Below, piece after piece: positions 14,008 through 24,500 of a stretch of 64,000 nucleotides of DNA. Source of the stretch: Basidiobolus meristosporus CBS 931.73 (lineage: Eukaryota; Fungi; Basidiobolomycota); assembly GCA_002104905.1 (NCBI GenBank), contig MCFE01000287.1, positions 39,015 to 103,014 on the forward strand, written 5' to 3'. Numbering within the stretch: the first letter of the stretch is position 1; each line of letters begins with the position of its first letter. Below the pieces are notes generated by a model. The model was not told the origin of the DNA. It did not search any database and worked only from the letters and a program-made list of their open reading frames with translations. The position numbers and the translations under genes are program-made.

Positions 14008-15954
14008 CTACAAGACCAACTCTTTCTCTAGTAGACAATTGTGCAGATCCGGGAAGTTCTTCCGTAGCTGTTTGGAGAAAACCCTCCGTTGAGCAGGGTC
14101 CCCTGATTTGATCAAAAATCTAGAGATGATTTCTACGGTCTTCACGCTTGGCTTCCACTTGTACTGTTTACATTCTACCCAGAAAGCCTGAATCCCACCG
14201 GAGACATCGCCAAGATGGCAGAGTCCCTCGACGTACGCACTTAGGTTGTTTTCGGTAAATGGAAAGCCCTCATCCTTCAACTTCGCCCAGAAATCACGTA
14301 GCTCGCTTGGGCTGGTGTGATATCCATATGAGTCTAACACAGCCGACAATGATCCATTGAGTGTGTTCGCTGGGAATTTTTTAGTTGCTGCAGACCAGAG
14401 TGACACCACCTCGGCATGATCTTTGATATAGCTGTAGCAATTGATCAGTATTCCGTAGGTGATGGAGGTGTCAGAGATTCCCGCCTTCTTCATCAACTCA
14501 TAGAATGCCAATGCTTTTTCGGGCCTATTCGCCTTTAGACACCCGTTCATGACCGTGTTATAGGTGCTGGCGTTTGGCTTTATGCCGTACTTCTGCATCT
14601 CCCCAATCCACTTCATGGCTCGGCTCAAAGATGTCGCGGAGCACCCTTCGATCATGGTGTTGAAGGTGATTTCATTAGGCTGGGAGTATTTTAGAATCTC
14701 TTGGTAAAGCTGTTCTCCCATTTTAGTATCACCTTGCACGAAATACCCCTTAAGCAGTGTGTTGTACGTCGCTATGGTGGGCTGGGTACGGTGCTTTTGC
14801 ATCTCACTCCTCACGTAATCCAGATATTTTATATCGTATTCGTCGGTGTATACGATCCCTTTGAGCAGCGTGTTAAATGTGATGACGCTAGGCCTCAGTC
14901 CTGATTTGATGCCATCTGAATATATCTTCAGAATATCCTCGATTGGCCAGGATTGAGTCATTGAATTCAAGACTGCGTTAAACGTTATTGTGTCCACAGT
15001 CAATCCATCTTGCATCATCAAGTTGAACATCTCTCTGGCTTTCTCAGGGCGCTGAGATTTCCCATAGGTATCGATCAAAATACTGTAGCAAACGTTATTG
15101 GGCTTTACTCCCGCCTTTGTCAGGGTGTCGTAAACTTTGGACATCAGCGTGGTATCTTTCTCGTTACGGCAATGCTTCAGAAGCGCGCTAAAGGTGAATG
15201 CGTCCGGCTTTGCGCCCTCGGAAAGTAGCTTCTCGAACTTCTCAAACGCCAGTTTGGCTGACTTTCTTCCTAGCATTTCTAGGTAGATATTACACACGTA
15301 AATATCCGGAACGCCCTCCATAGACGATATCTGATCAAACGTGTGTTGGACTTGTTGAAGCGTTCCATACCTGTATTGGAACAATATCAACGGGAATAGC
15401 TCCTGAGGGGTTTTGAAAGAAATATTCAAGGAGTCCATGGTTTTCAAGAGTGTATGGCATTTGTTTTGGAACTCGACCGAACCTTCAGTTCTTTTTCCCA
15501 ATACACGAAGTAGACGAGACAATTGTAGGGTAGATACTTGTCTGACCGAGTGGATTTTTAGCAATTCTTCAAATGCCTCCCAAGCTGCAACAGCATTTCG
15601 TTCTCTCAAAGCAATCTCTAAGGTTGCCTTGTGGTTAATACGTAAAGACTTGATACCGGGCATTGAAGTCTTGGGTTGTGCTGGCACAGACAATTGGTCA
15701 GTATTGCCCGGTTTCTGCTTTTCCATCACAGAATACTTGTCCTTTGTTGAAGGTAAATTCTTTTCTGAATATGTGGCAAGTAGACGGATATGTGTATGAA
15801 TACGAGGAAAACCAAAAGAGGGCGGAAGAGCAGATGACTTGTTCAGCGATACAAATTTGTGTGTAGGTAGAGAAGCCCTGATACGGTTAAGCATTGTTGG
15901 CCTAACATCACTTGAGTAGTTTACTGAACGAGAAAAACAGCGTTGTAACAGCAT
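14008..15954 (-). CDS. Mitochondrial pentatricopeptide-repeat (PPR) protein, 648 aa
   Basis: Tandem 35-aa repeats (PDAFTFSALL, PNNVCYSILIDTY, PSVITFNTLL, PTIATYNTLL, PNEITFNTMI, PNASTYNTVM); Arg/Ser-rich presequence. Confidence 0.92.
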   Translation of the reverse strand: MLLQRCFSRSVNYSSDVRPTMLNRIRASLPTHKFVSLNKSSALPPSFGFPRIHTHIRLLATYSEKNLPSTKDKYSVMEKQKPGNTDQLSVPAQPKTSMPGIKSLRINHKATLEIALRERNAVAAWEAFEELLKIHSVRQVSTLQLSRLLRVLGKRTEGSVEFQNKCHTLLKTMDSLNISFKTPQELFPLILFQYRYGTLQQVQHTFDQISSMEGVPDIYVCNIYLEMLGRKSAKLAFEKFEKLLSEGAKPDAFTFSALLKHCRNEKDTTLMSKVYDTLTKAGVKPNNVCYSILIDTYGKSQRPEKAREMFNLMMQDGLTVDTITFNAVLNSMTQSWPIEDILKIYSDGIKSGLRPSVITFNTLLKGIVYTDEYDIKYLDYVRSEMQKHRTQPTIATYNTLLKGYFVQGDTKMGEQLYQEILKYSQPNEITFNTMIEGCSATSLSRAMKWIGEMQKYGIKPNASTYNTVMNGCLKANRPEKALAFYELMKKAGISDTSITYGILINCYSYIKDHAEVVSLWSAATKKFPANTLNGSLSAVLDSYGYHTSPSELRDFWAKLKDEGFPFTENNLSAYVEGLCHLGDVSGGIQAFWVECKQYKWKPSVKTVEIISRFLIKSGDPAQRRVFSKQLRKNFPDLHNCLLEKELVL

Positions 15955-16200
15955 TCCAGAGCGAATCGCAACGGTGAAAAGTCGTTTTGCATGACACTCC
16001 AGTTGATAGACCGCTCTTTTAGGATCTGACTATGGCTGCTTGATGTTGGGATTAAAATTTTTCTGGAGTAGAAATATCTTGATGAAGAGCGGATTCACCA
16101 GATTAATTATCCTTAGATGGCTTTTATAGTATTCTGAATTAGCACAACATGATGAATTCAATAGACAAATCTTAAAATATGAATAGGATGAATTATCCGG

Positions 16201-17858
16201 GAATACCCAAAGGTTTATTCTGTTTACATACAATACAATAGGATTGATATCTACAAGTGAGTTAACAAGCTTGTAGCCTGTGGCGTAGGTATTTCGGTAA
16301 ATGTAATGGTTGCTCGGGTAGAATTCGGGTAGTGGAAACCTTGGTATGGTTATGCTGTGCAGCGGAGTTGAATCAATCTGAAAGCCGGTAAATTGCAGTG
16401 CGATTTGGAGGGTGGGTAAATGGTGGAGATCCCGGTATGTCCTTGGTCTTTCCTACCAGGTATCACCTTCCACACTACCACCCAACTAACCCACCACAAC
16501 CTTATTCCAGATCATTGTAGCTCCGGTCATAGACTTCTTCACAACGATGCAGTACTACCCTCAACCCCCACATGGCTCTAATGCTCCTCCTCCAGTGCCC
16601 CAGGAATATCCTTGAGATCCATCTCGACAAGATCTTTGAGTGCCTGTCCAATAATCTGGGTGCCTTCAAGGAGTTGCTCCTCGGTGATGACAAGCGGAGG
16701 TGCCAACCGAATGATGTTCTCATGGGTAGGCTTGGCCAAAAGCCCTCTCTCCTTCAGGAGCAAGCACAAGTGCCAGGCGGTCTTTGGTGCCGCCTTCTCT
16801 TGGTCAATGACAATGGCGTTCAACAATCCACGTCCACGGACACAGGAGACAATTGGCGAGTTCAGGTTGCGGAGCTCCTTGCGGAAAATCTCGCCGAGAC
16901 GTTCGGCTCTCTCGACAAGACCCTCCTCCTTGACCACCTCGAGTGCGGCCATGGCGACAGCACACCCAAGCGGATTGCCACCATAGGTGGATCCATGCTC
17001 TCCGGGCTTGATGCACAGCATCACTTCCTTGTCGGCCAACACCGCTGACACTGGGTAAACTCCTCCGGAGAGGGCCTTGCCAAGGAGAACCATGTCTGGG
17101 CGGAAGCCCTCGTGATCAATGGCTAGCATGGTTCCAGTACGCGCAATACCGGTCTGGATCTCATCAGCAATGAAGAGAATGTTGTGCTTCTTGCACAGGT
17201 CATAGCACTTGCGGAGGTATCCCTCATCCGGAACCATGATACCAGCCTCGCCCTGGATTGGCTCCACAAGGAATGCCGCGATCTTCTCAGGCTGTGCCTC
17301 GATGGCCGCCTTGAGATCGTCGTAGTTGTTGTACCGAATCTCACGTCCAGTCTTGGTGCAGAATGGCCCGACATTGGGAAGGTAGGGCCCGAACTCATTG
17401 CGTGCATCCGGGTCGGTAGACATGGAAATGATGCCACAGGTACGTCCGTGGAAGTTGTTGCTGCAGGAGAGAACAACCGCCTCGTTGGCTGGAATTCCCT
17501 TCTTCTGGTAACCCCACTTACGGGCAAGCTTGATGGCTGTCTCCACCGCTTCAGCTCCGGTGTTCATGGGTAGGACCATCTCGTAGCCAAAGTACTCCGT
17601 CACATACTTGGCGTAGCGTCCGAACACGTCATTGTAGAAGGCACGGGAGCTAAGGCATAGCTTTTGTGCTTGCTCCACCAAGGCATTGATGATCTTGGGG
17701 TGGCTGTGACCTTGGTTGACTGCGGAGTATGCTGAGAGGAAATCAAAGTACTGCTTGCCCTCGGGGTCCCAAACATACACTCCCTCGGCCTTGGAGAAGA
17801 CCACGGGGAGGGGGTGGTAGTTGTGGGCACTGTAGCTGTGTTCTAGCTCGATAATTTG
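16201..17858 (-). repeat. Left arm of a 1658-bp inverted repeat (OAT codon 8 to end of 3' flank)
   Basis: Reverse complement of 18990-20647 with 11 differences on line-by-line comparison. Confidence 0.97.
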
Positions 17859-17879
17859 TTCGGAGGAGTAAATGGTCAT
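16578..17879 (-). CDS. CAR2: Ornithine aminotransferase copy 1 (433 aa, intronless)
   Basis: [54 protein letters not shown] (PLP lysine), [10 protein letters not shown]. Confidence 0.97.
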   Translation of the reverse strand: MTIYSSEQIIELEHSYSAHNYHPLPVVFSKAEGVYVWDPEGKQYFDFLSAYSAVNQGHSHPKIINALVEQAQKLCLSSRAFYNDVFGRYAKYVTEYFGYEMVLPMNTGAEAVETAIKLARKWGYQKKGIPANEAVVLSCSNNFHGRTCGIISMSTDPDARNEFGPYLPNVGPFCTKTGREIRYNNYDDLKAAIEAQPEKIAAFLVEPIQGEAGIMVPDEGYLRKCYDLCKKHNILFIADEIQTGIARTGTMLAIDHEGFRPDMVLLGKALSGGVYPVSAVLADKEVMLCIKPGEHGSTYGGNPLGCAVAMAALEVVKEEGLVERAERLGEIFRKELRNLNSPIVSCVRGRGLLNAIVIDQEKAAPKTAWHLCLLLKERGLLAKPTHENIIRLAPPLVITEEQLLEGTQIIGQALKDLVEMDLKDIPGALEEEH

Positions 17880-17923
17880 GGTATTGTTCTAACAATGCTT
17901 GCTACGGAATGGCAAATGTCGCC

Positions 17924-17979
17924 TTTTATAGTTCAGTTTGGAAAATTCTGGAGATGTCAACTTCGTGACCCACCAATCA
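17924..17979 (-). promoter_or_regulatory. OAT copy 1 promoter: TGATTGG (CCAAT box) then TATAAAA
   Basis: CCAATCA at 17973-17979 and TTTTATA at 17924-17930 on the plus strand. Confidence 0.5.
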
Positions 17980-18848
17980 TCTTTCTTGTGAGGCCAATTT
18001 CTCACATACGTACCTAACTTGAGGTCCATTTCATTCCAGAATACCTAAATGTTGTGATAATGTGCCAACTTTTTATGATATTGATATTGAGGATCCGTAT
18101 ATATCCCACAAAATTTCAGAAGCGCATCGGACCTCTTTCGGACCTGTGTCTCAGGGGGTCCGAATAGGATATAGATCTCATCGGACCAGAACCATGGTTC
18201 AAGTACAGCGAATTCCATAAAATAGACTTGGTCCAGCGGCTCGGATTGCAATATATCTGACATTCTACAGTACCCAGTACCTTCAATTATATTCACTCAA
18301 GATTTCCTGAATTTCAAAAATCTGCGGTGGATACACGAATATTGCACTCTGCTTCAATGATGGTCCAATGATGTAATAACGTTAACAATATTAACCTTTA
18401 TCACGGAGTCTAAAGAGAGGACTTGCGGAAGTACCAATGATTGATGCATTCCAATATTGACAGTTTCGAATTGGATGGCGAGTTTTTTGTTGCCCGAAAT
18501 CGGGAATGTTGCTAACAAATAACTGTAAAACACTTTCTAAAACTGCAGGACAATATTCAGGTTCACATTCACATACAGTTCATGGGCCATTCCTGGGAAT
18601 CTCGAAAACTAGGGGTATGTGTGGGAAATTTTGATCATCATACTCGAGACGTCGTACAAATATGGGTGCAAAAGAATTGACATCTAGAATATTAATGTTT
18701 TGGTGAATGGTTACCGTTTGAATGACGCCCATATATTCTCAAGAATGAAACCTTTCACTGATTTCTGTAATAGTAGGTTCCGTGTCCAGTTGCTCTTAAA
18801 GAGTTCCGAGGATAAAGTCATATGATTAGCGGGCTTTGATAGCACTAA

Positions 18849-18927
18849 TGATTGGCTGGTTCCTATTAGATCATTCTAAATCAAGCTTAAGGTTGGCCAA
18901 ATATCATTTCACGAACATCTATAAATA
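18849..18927 (+). promoter_or_regulatory. OAT copy 2 promoter: TGATTGG (CCAAT box) then TATAAATA
   Basis: TGATTGG at 18849-18855 and TATAAATA at 18920-18927. Confidence 0.5.
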
Positions 18928-18968
18928 TAGCCTTTTTCTGGCTAATGGTCAACTATTGATCATCCGAT

Positions 18969-20270
18969 ATGACCGTCTACACCTCTGAGCAAATTATCGA
19001 GCTAGAACACAGCTACAGTGCCCACAACTACCACCCCCTCCCCGTGGTCTTCTCCAAGGCCGAGGGAGTGTATGTTTGGGACCCCGAGGGCAAGCAGTAC
19101 TTTGATTTCCTCTCAGCATACTCCGCAGTCAACCAAGGTCACAGCCACCCCAAGATCATCAATGCCTTGGTGGAGCAAGCACAAAAGCTATGCCTTAGTT
19201 CCCGTGCCTTCTATAATGACGTGTTCGGACGCTACGCCAAGTATGTGACGGAGTACTTTGGCTATGAGATGGTCCTACCCATGAACACCGGAGCTGAAGC
19301 TGTGGAGACAGCCATCAAGCTTGCCCGTAAGTGGGGTTACCAGAAGAAGGGAATTCCAGCCAACGAGGCGGTTGTTCTCTCCTGCAGCAACAACTTCCAC
19401 GGACGTACCTGTGGCATCATTTCCATGTCTACCGACCCGGATGCACGCAATGAGTTCGGGCCCTACCTTCCCAATGTCGGGCCATTCTGCACCAAGACTG
19501 GACGTGAGATTCGGTACAACAACTACGACGATCTCAAGGCGGCCATCGAGGCACAGCCTGAGAAGATCGCGGCATTCCTTGTGGAGCCAATCCAGGGCGA
19601 GGCTGGTATCATGGTTCCGGATGAGGGATACCTTCGCAAGTGCTATGACCTGTGCAAGAAGCACAACATTCTCTTCATTGCTGATGAGATCCAGACCGGT
19701 ATTGCGCGTACTGGAACCATGCTAGCCATTGATCACGAGGGCTTCCGCCCAGACATGGTTCTCCTTGGCAAGGCCCTCTCCGGAGGAGTTTACCCAGTGT
19801 CAGCGGTGTTGGCCGACAAGGAAGTGATGCTGTGCATCAAGCCCGGAGAGCATGGATCCACCTATGGTGGCAATCCACTTGGGTGTGCTGTCGCCATGGC
19901 CGCACTCGAGGTGGTCAAGGAGGAGGGTCTTGTCGAGAGAGCCGAACGTCTTGGCGAGATTTTCCGCAAGGAGCTCCGCAACCTGAACTCGCCAATTGTC
20001 TCCTGTGTCCGTGGACGTGGATTGTTGAACGCCATTGTCATTGACCAAGAGAAGGCGGCACCAAAGACCGCCTGGCACCTGTGCTTGCTCCTGAAGGAGA
20101 GAGGGCTTTTGGCCAAGCCTACTCATGAGAACATCATTCGGTTGGCACCTCCACTTGTCATCACCGAGGAGCAACTCCTTGAAGGCACCCAGATTATTGG
20201 ACAGGCACTCAAAGATCTTGTCGAGATGGATCTCAAGGATATTCCTGGGGCACTGGAGGAGGAGCATTAG
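18969..20270 (+). CDS. CAR2: Ornithine aminotransferase copy 2 (433 aa, intronless)
   Basis: Protein identical to copy 1 except MTVYTSEQ versus MTIYSSEQ. Confidence 0.97.
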   Translation: MTVYTSEQIIELEHSYSAHNYHPLPVVFSKAEGVYVWDPEGKQYFDFLSAYSAVNQGHSHPKIINALVEQAQKLCLSSRAFYNDVFGRYAKYVTEYFGYEMVLPMNTGAEAVETAIKLARKWGYQKKGIPANEAVVLSCSNNFHGRTCGIISMSTDPDARNEFGPYLPNVGPFCTKTGREIRYNNYDDLKAAIEAQPEKIAAFLVEPIQGEAGIMVPDEGYLRKCYDLCKKHNILFIADEIQTGIARTGTMLAIDHEGFRPDMVLLGKALSGGVYPVSAVLADKEVMLCIKPGEHGSTYGGNPLGCAVAMAALEVVKEEGLVERAERLGEIFRKELRNLNSPIVSCVRGRGLLNAIVIDQEKAAPKTAWHLCLLLKERGLLAKPTHENIIRLAPPLVITEEQLLEGTQIIGQALKDLVEMDLKDIPGALEEEH

Positions 20271-20647
20271 AGCCATGTGGGGGTTGAGGGTAGTACTGCA
20301 TCGTTGTGAAGAAGTCTATGACCGGAGCTACAATGATCTGGAATAAGGTTGTGGTGGGTTAGTTGGGTGGTAGTGTGGAAGGTGATACCTGGTAGGAAAG
20401 ACCAAGGACATACCGGGATCTCCACCATTTACCCACCCTCCAAATCACACTGCAATTTACCGGCTTTCAGATTGATTCAACTCCGCTGCACAGCATAACC
20501 ATACCAAGGTTTCCACTACCCGAATTCTACCCGAGCAACCATTACATTTACCGAAATACCTACGCCACAGGCTACAAGCTTGTTAACTCACTTGTAGATA
20601 TCAATCCTATTGTATTGTATGTAAACAGAATAAACCTTTGGGTATTC
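18990..20647 (+). repeat. Right arm of the 1658-bp inverted repeat
   Basis: Identity ends at ...AATAAACCTTTGGGTATTC (20647), matching 16201. Confidence 0.97.
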
Positions 20648-21598
20648 ACCAGTAAATTCTATTTCAAGTCGAGTATCTGGTAAATATTCTTGAAGCGACG
20701 AATGATAGTAAACTGTCAAGTCCAAAAAATCGGAGCGATATCAACGCCTCAGCATGGACGGAATAGTTTGAGTTGGTTATCAGGAATCGAGAATTTTCAT
20801 AGATATATGGACTCAGCAGCTTGGTAACGTATGTTGAATTCATTAATCATGAGCAAAGAAGTATCATTATTGTATCGGGAATAATGGGGCCGAGAATGTG
20901 GTTTTGTAAATGCTTAGCACCTCAAAATAAATTATCAATGGAGGTAGTGAAGAGCATATTAAACCAACTTTGAAATATCTAGTCGCTGGCGTATTCAACA
21001 AAATACATTAGTGGCGACTTCCGAAACAGATCTAGATGGTAATTTATGACCAGCTCATGACCTAGAAATGCAAATAGTGAATGACATAGTTTTACGATGC
21101 ATTTAGATAGATATATAACTATTTATGTGGTTAGACCCTTTATGGCTTGCAAAGCGCAGTCCAAACAAAAATAAATAATGTTCAGCAACTACGTCATGGA
21201 GCTTCAATAGTGTTCACTTAACAGAGGAAACATACTCATTCTGGGAGGATGCTCGGGGTAGATTAGCCAAGGTTGCCTATATTACACTATTATTGGGTAC
21301 TACATCTTGGAGGCGCTAATCAGCCAAGTGTACTGAACGATATGGAAGTGACACTTCGGATGGTCAATACTCAACCAAGCATTCATACGTATTGAGAGGT
21401 GTTTAAAGTGACGGCACATGCCCAAAGTTCACGTTACACGCACATTTTTGACATGTACCTACTAGTTCGCGAATGGCTCACCTGATGATAGTGCCTTCGA
21501 AGTCTAACCATAAATAAAAGCGGCCGCACAGCAGAGTTAACATCATCTATGTATAATCTCTAGAATACCTTTTCACCACCTTTTACTCAGAATTCTTG

Positions 21599-24500
21599 AT
21601 GTCCGAGGCATTTCATAGACCTATTGAAGATCCGAACATTACCTGGTCTCCGGAGCACCGGGAGCCAATAGCTTATAGAACAACAGATCATCAAGAAGCC
21701 GGGACTCATCACCATGGCGTATACTTCGGTGAAGGAGTGGATGTTGAAATCAATCTTGCGGAAGAGACATTTGCTGGCCTAACTCGAACTTTATCTCGCT
21801 CTCCAGCAGATGCCAATAGTGCTGAGAAAGGCGAGAAAGAATTTGACCTTGAGAAGCATTTAAATGCTGCTGTCAAGTACAAGAAGGAAAAAGGAATACA
21901 CACTAAGAATCTGGGCCTAACATTCAAGAAACTTTCGGTATTTGGCGAGGAAAGAGACTTCCAGTTGATTAGCACAATTGGAACCGAGTTTTTAAGTGCC
22001 TTCGATCTCATACCCTGGTTTCGAAATCTATTTAAAAAGAAACCAACAGATTACCGTGAAATCCTTCACAATATTACCGGATACTGTAAAACAGGCGAGA
22101 TGTTGTTAGTTTTGGGCAGACCTGGCAGCGGTTGTTCTACACTACTGCGTGTGCTTGCGAACCAGCGCAAAACCTACAGAAAGATCGACGGCGAGGTGTT
22201 GTACGGTGGAATCTCTGCAGTCGAATTTGGGAAACGTTTCAAAGGTCAGGTGACATACAACCAGGAAGATGATCAGCATTACCCGACACTGACAGTCAAA
22301 CAAACTCTTGACTTTGCCATCAAATGCAAGGCCCCAACTTCAAAGATCGTGGGTGATCGTGGAAACTTCATACGACTTTTCAGAGAGGCGCTTCTGAGCA
22401 TGTTTGGTCTGAAGGATGCATCTGACACAATTGTCGGAGGAACAATGGTGCGAGGTGTGTCTGGTGGTGAGAGGAAGCGAGTGAGCATTGCTGAGCAAAT
22501 GGGTACACGCTCTCCGATCAGTATCTGGGATGGTAGCACAAAGGGATTGGATGCTTCCAGTGCCTTGGATTATGTCCGCTGTCTTCGCATTCAGACGAAT
22601 ATCTTAGGGACAACTACTGTGGCGACCATCTACCAGGCATCTGAGAGTATATACGAGCTGTTCGATAACGTGTTGCTTCTTCATGAGGGCTACTGTATCT
22701 ACTTTGGGCCAGCGAACGAAGCGAAGGGATATTTCGAGTCGATTGGGTTCGAGTGTCCCCCGAGACAAACCACCGCTGATTTTCTGACTGGGGTCACGTC
22801 GATGAACGAGCGAAGAGTCCGAAGCGGGTTTGAAAGCAAGGTGCCCAACACCCCGGAGGAGTATGAAAACTGCTACAAACAAAGCTCGTTCTATCAAGCG
22901 ACTGTTAAGGAGTTGCAAGAGTTTGAGCAGGCACAAAAGGAGAGGAATGTGGAGGAGGATTTCCGAACAGCGATGCAAGAGGAGAAGACCACAGGTACCT
23001 CGGCGAAGAGTCCATACACTGTCGGGTATTTCTCCCAGCTGAAGGCGTGTTTGGTTCGACAGTTCCAACTGATTTTGGGCAACAAGGCCGCCTTGTATTT
23101 CCGGTTTATATTCAACATTCTGATGGCAATTATCGAAGGATCGGTGTATTTTAAACTTCCATTAGATGGCACTGGAGCCTTTACTCGCGGTGGTATTCTG
23201 TTCTTCTCTTTAATGTTCAATACATTGAGCGCCCAGGCAGAGATTCCGAATGCGTTGAATGGGCGTGGGGTACTTTACAAGCATAAATCTTTTGCATTGT
23301 ATCGCCCTAGTGCCTTCTATATTTCACAGGTGATCTCAGACATACCGTTCAATCTGTCCCAGATTGTAGTATTCTCGTGCATTCTTTACTGGATGGTAGG
23401 ACTGCACCCTACAGCTGGACAATTCTTTCTGTTTATCCTGGCTATATTCCTAACCTCATTAACCGTGACTGCGATGTTTCGAATGATTGCAATCTTCTCG
23501 AAAGATATAGATAGTGCCACACGTGGGGTCGGGTGTATAATCTTGGTTTACCTCTTATACACTGGTTATTTGATCCATCCTGTTGACATGCATCCGTGGT
23601 TCAAGTGGATTTACTACATTAATCCTATTGGCTATGGCTTAGGCGCTTTACTAGTCAATGAGTTCAATGGGTTGGTGTTCTCTTGTTCAGGAACAACGCT
23701 CATCCCATTCGGTCCATCGTACAACGACATCGCACATCAGGTGTGCACCATCATGGGTTCAAATCCTGGTGTTCCAGATGTCCAAGGAAGCGACTATCTC
23801 TACGAGACATTTGGACTCAGGAACAACAGATACTGGATCAACATCGGAGCGTTGCTTGGGTTCTGGCTACTGTTCATCATCATTACCTGTGTGGGTATTG
23901 AGGTGGTCGAGTTCGGCAAAGGTGGCTATACCACTCAAGTCTACAAATCAAGATGTAACCCGGATTCGAAAAGCGCACCCGCCCAGTTGTTGAAGAGTGC
24001 CGAGGAGCATGATAATCTTATTAATTCGGGGGAAGAACCTAAGGGAGAAACACTTTCCTGGAGCCATATCAATTATACTGTACCAGTCAAGGGTGTACCT
24101 GGCGGCCGTCAGCTGCTACACGATGTGTCCGGATGGTCCGCTCCTGGAAAACTGACAGCCCTCATGGGGTCATCAGGTGCTGGGAAAACCACCTTGCTGG
24201 ATGTTCTGGCCCAGCGAAAGACCATTGGTAAGGTCGAAGGACGTATCCTTGTTGGCGAGGTGCCCCAAGGCCCCGATTTCAAGCGGATCTCGGGGTACTG
24301 TGAGCAAATGGACATCCACAACCCAGTGGCCACGGTCCGTGAGGCTTTGAAGTTCTCCGCCTACCTGCGCCAACCGGAGGAGGTGTCGAAGGCAGAGAAG
24401 GATGCTTACGTGGAGTCCATCATCAAGCTGTTGGACATGACCGACATCGCGGACGCTCTGATCGGTGAGGTGGAGACCGGGCTTGGCATATCGATCGAGG

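Noticed and set aside
18045-18296. 83-aa ORF in the OAT spacer
   Set aside because: Short, no motif; no recombinase or regulator similarity.
16502-20346. Many 70-158 aa antisense and alternate-frame ORFs over the OAT genes
   Set aside because: Shadow ORFs of GC3-rich coding sequence, duplicated only because the arms are duplicated.
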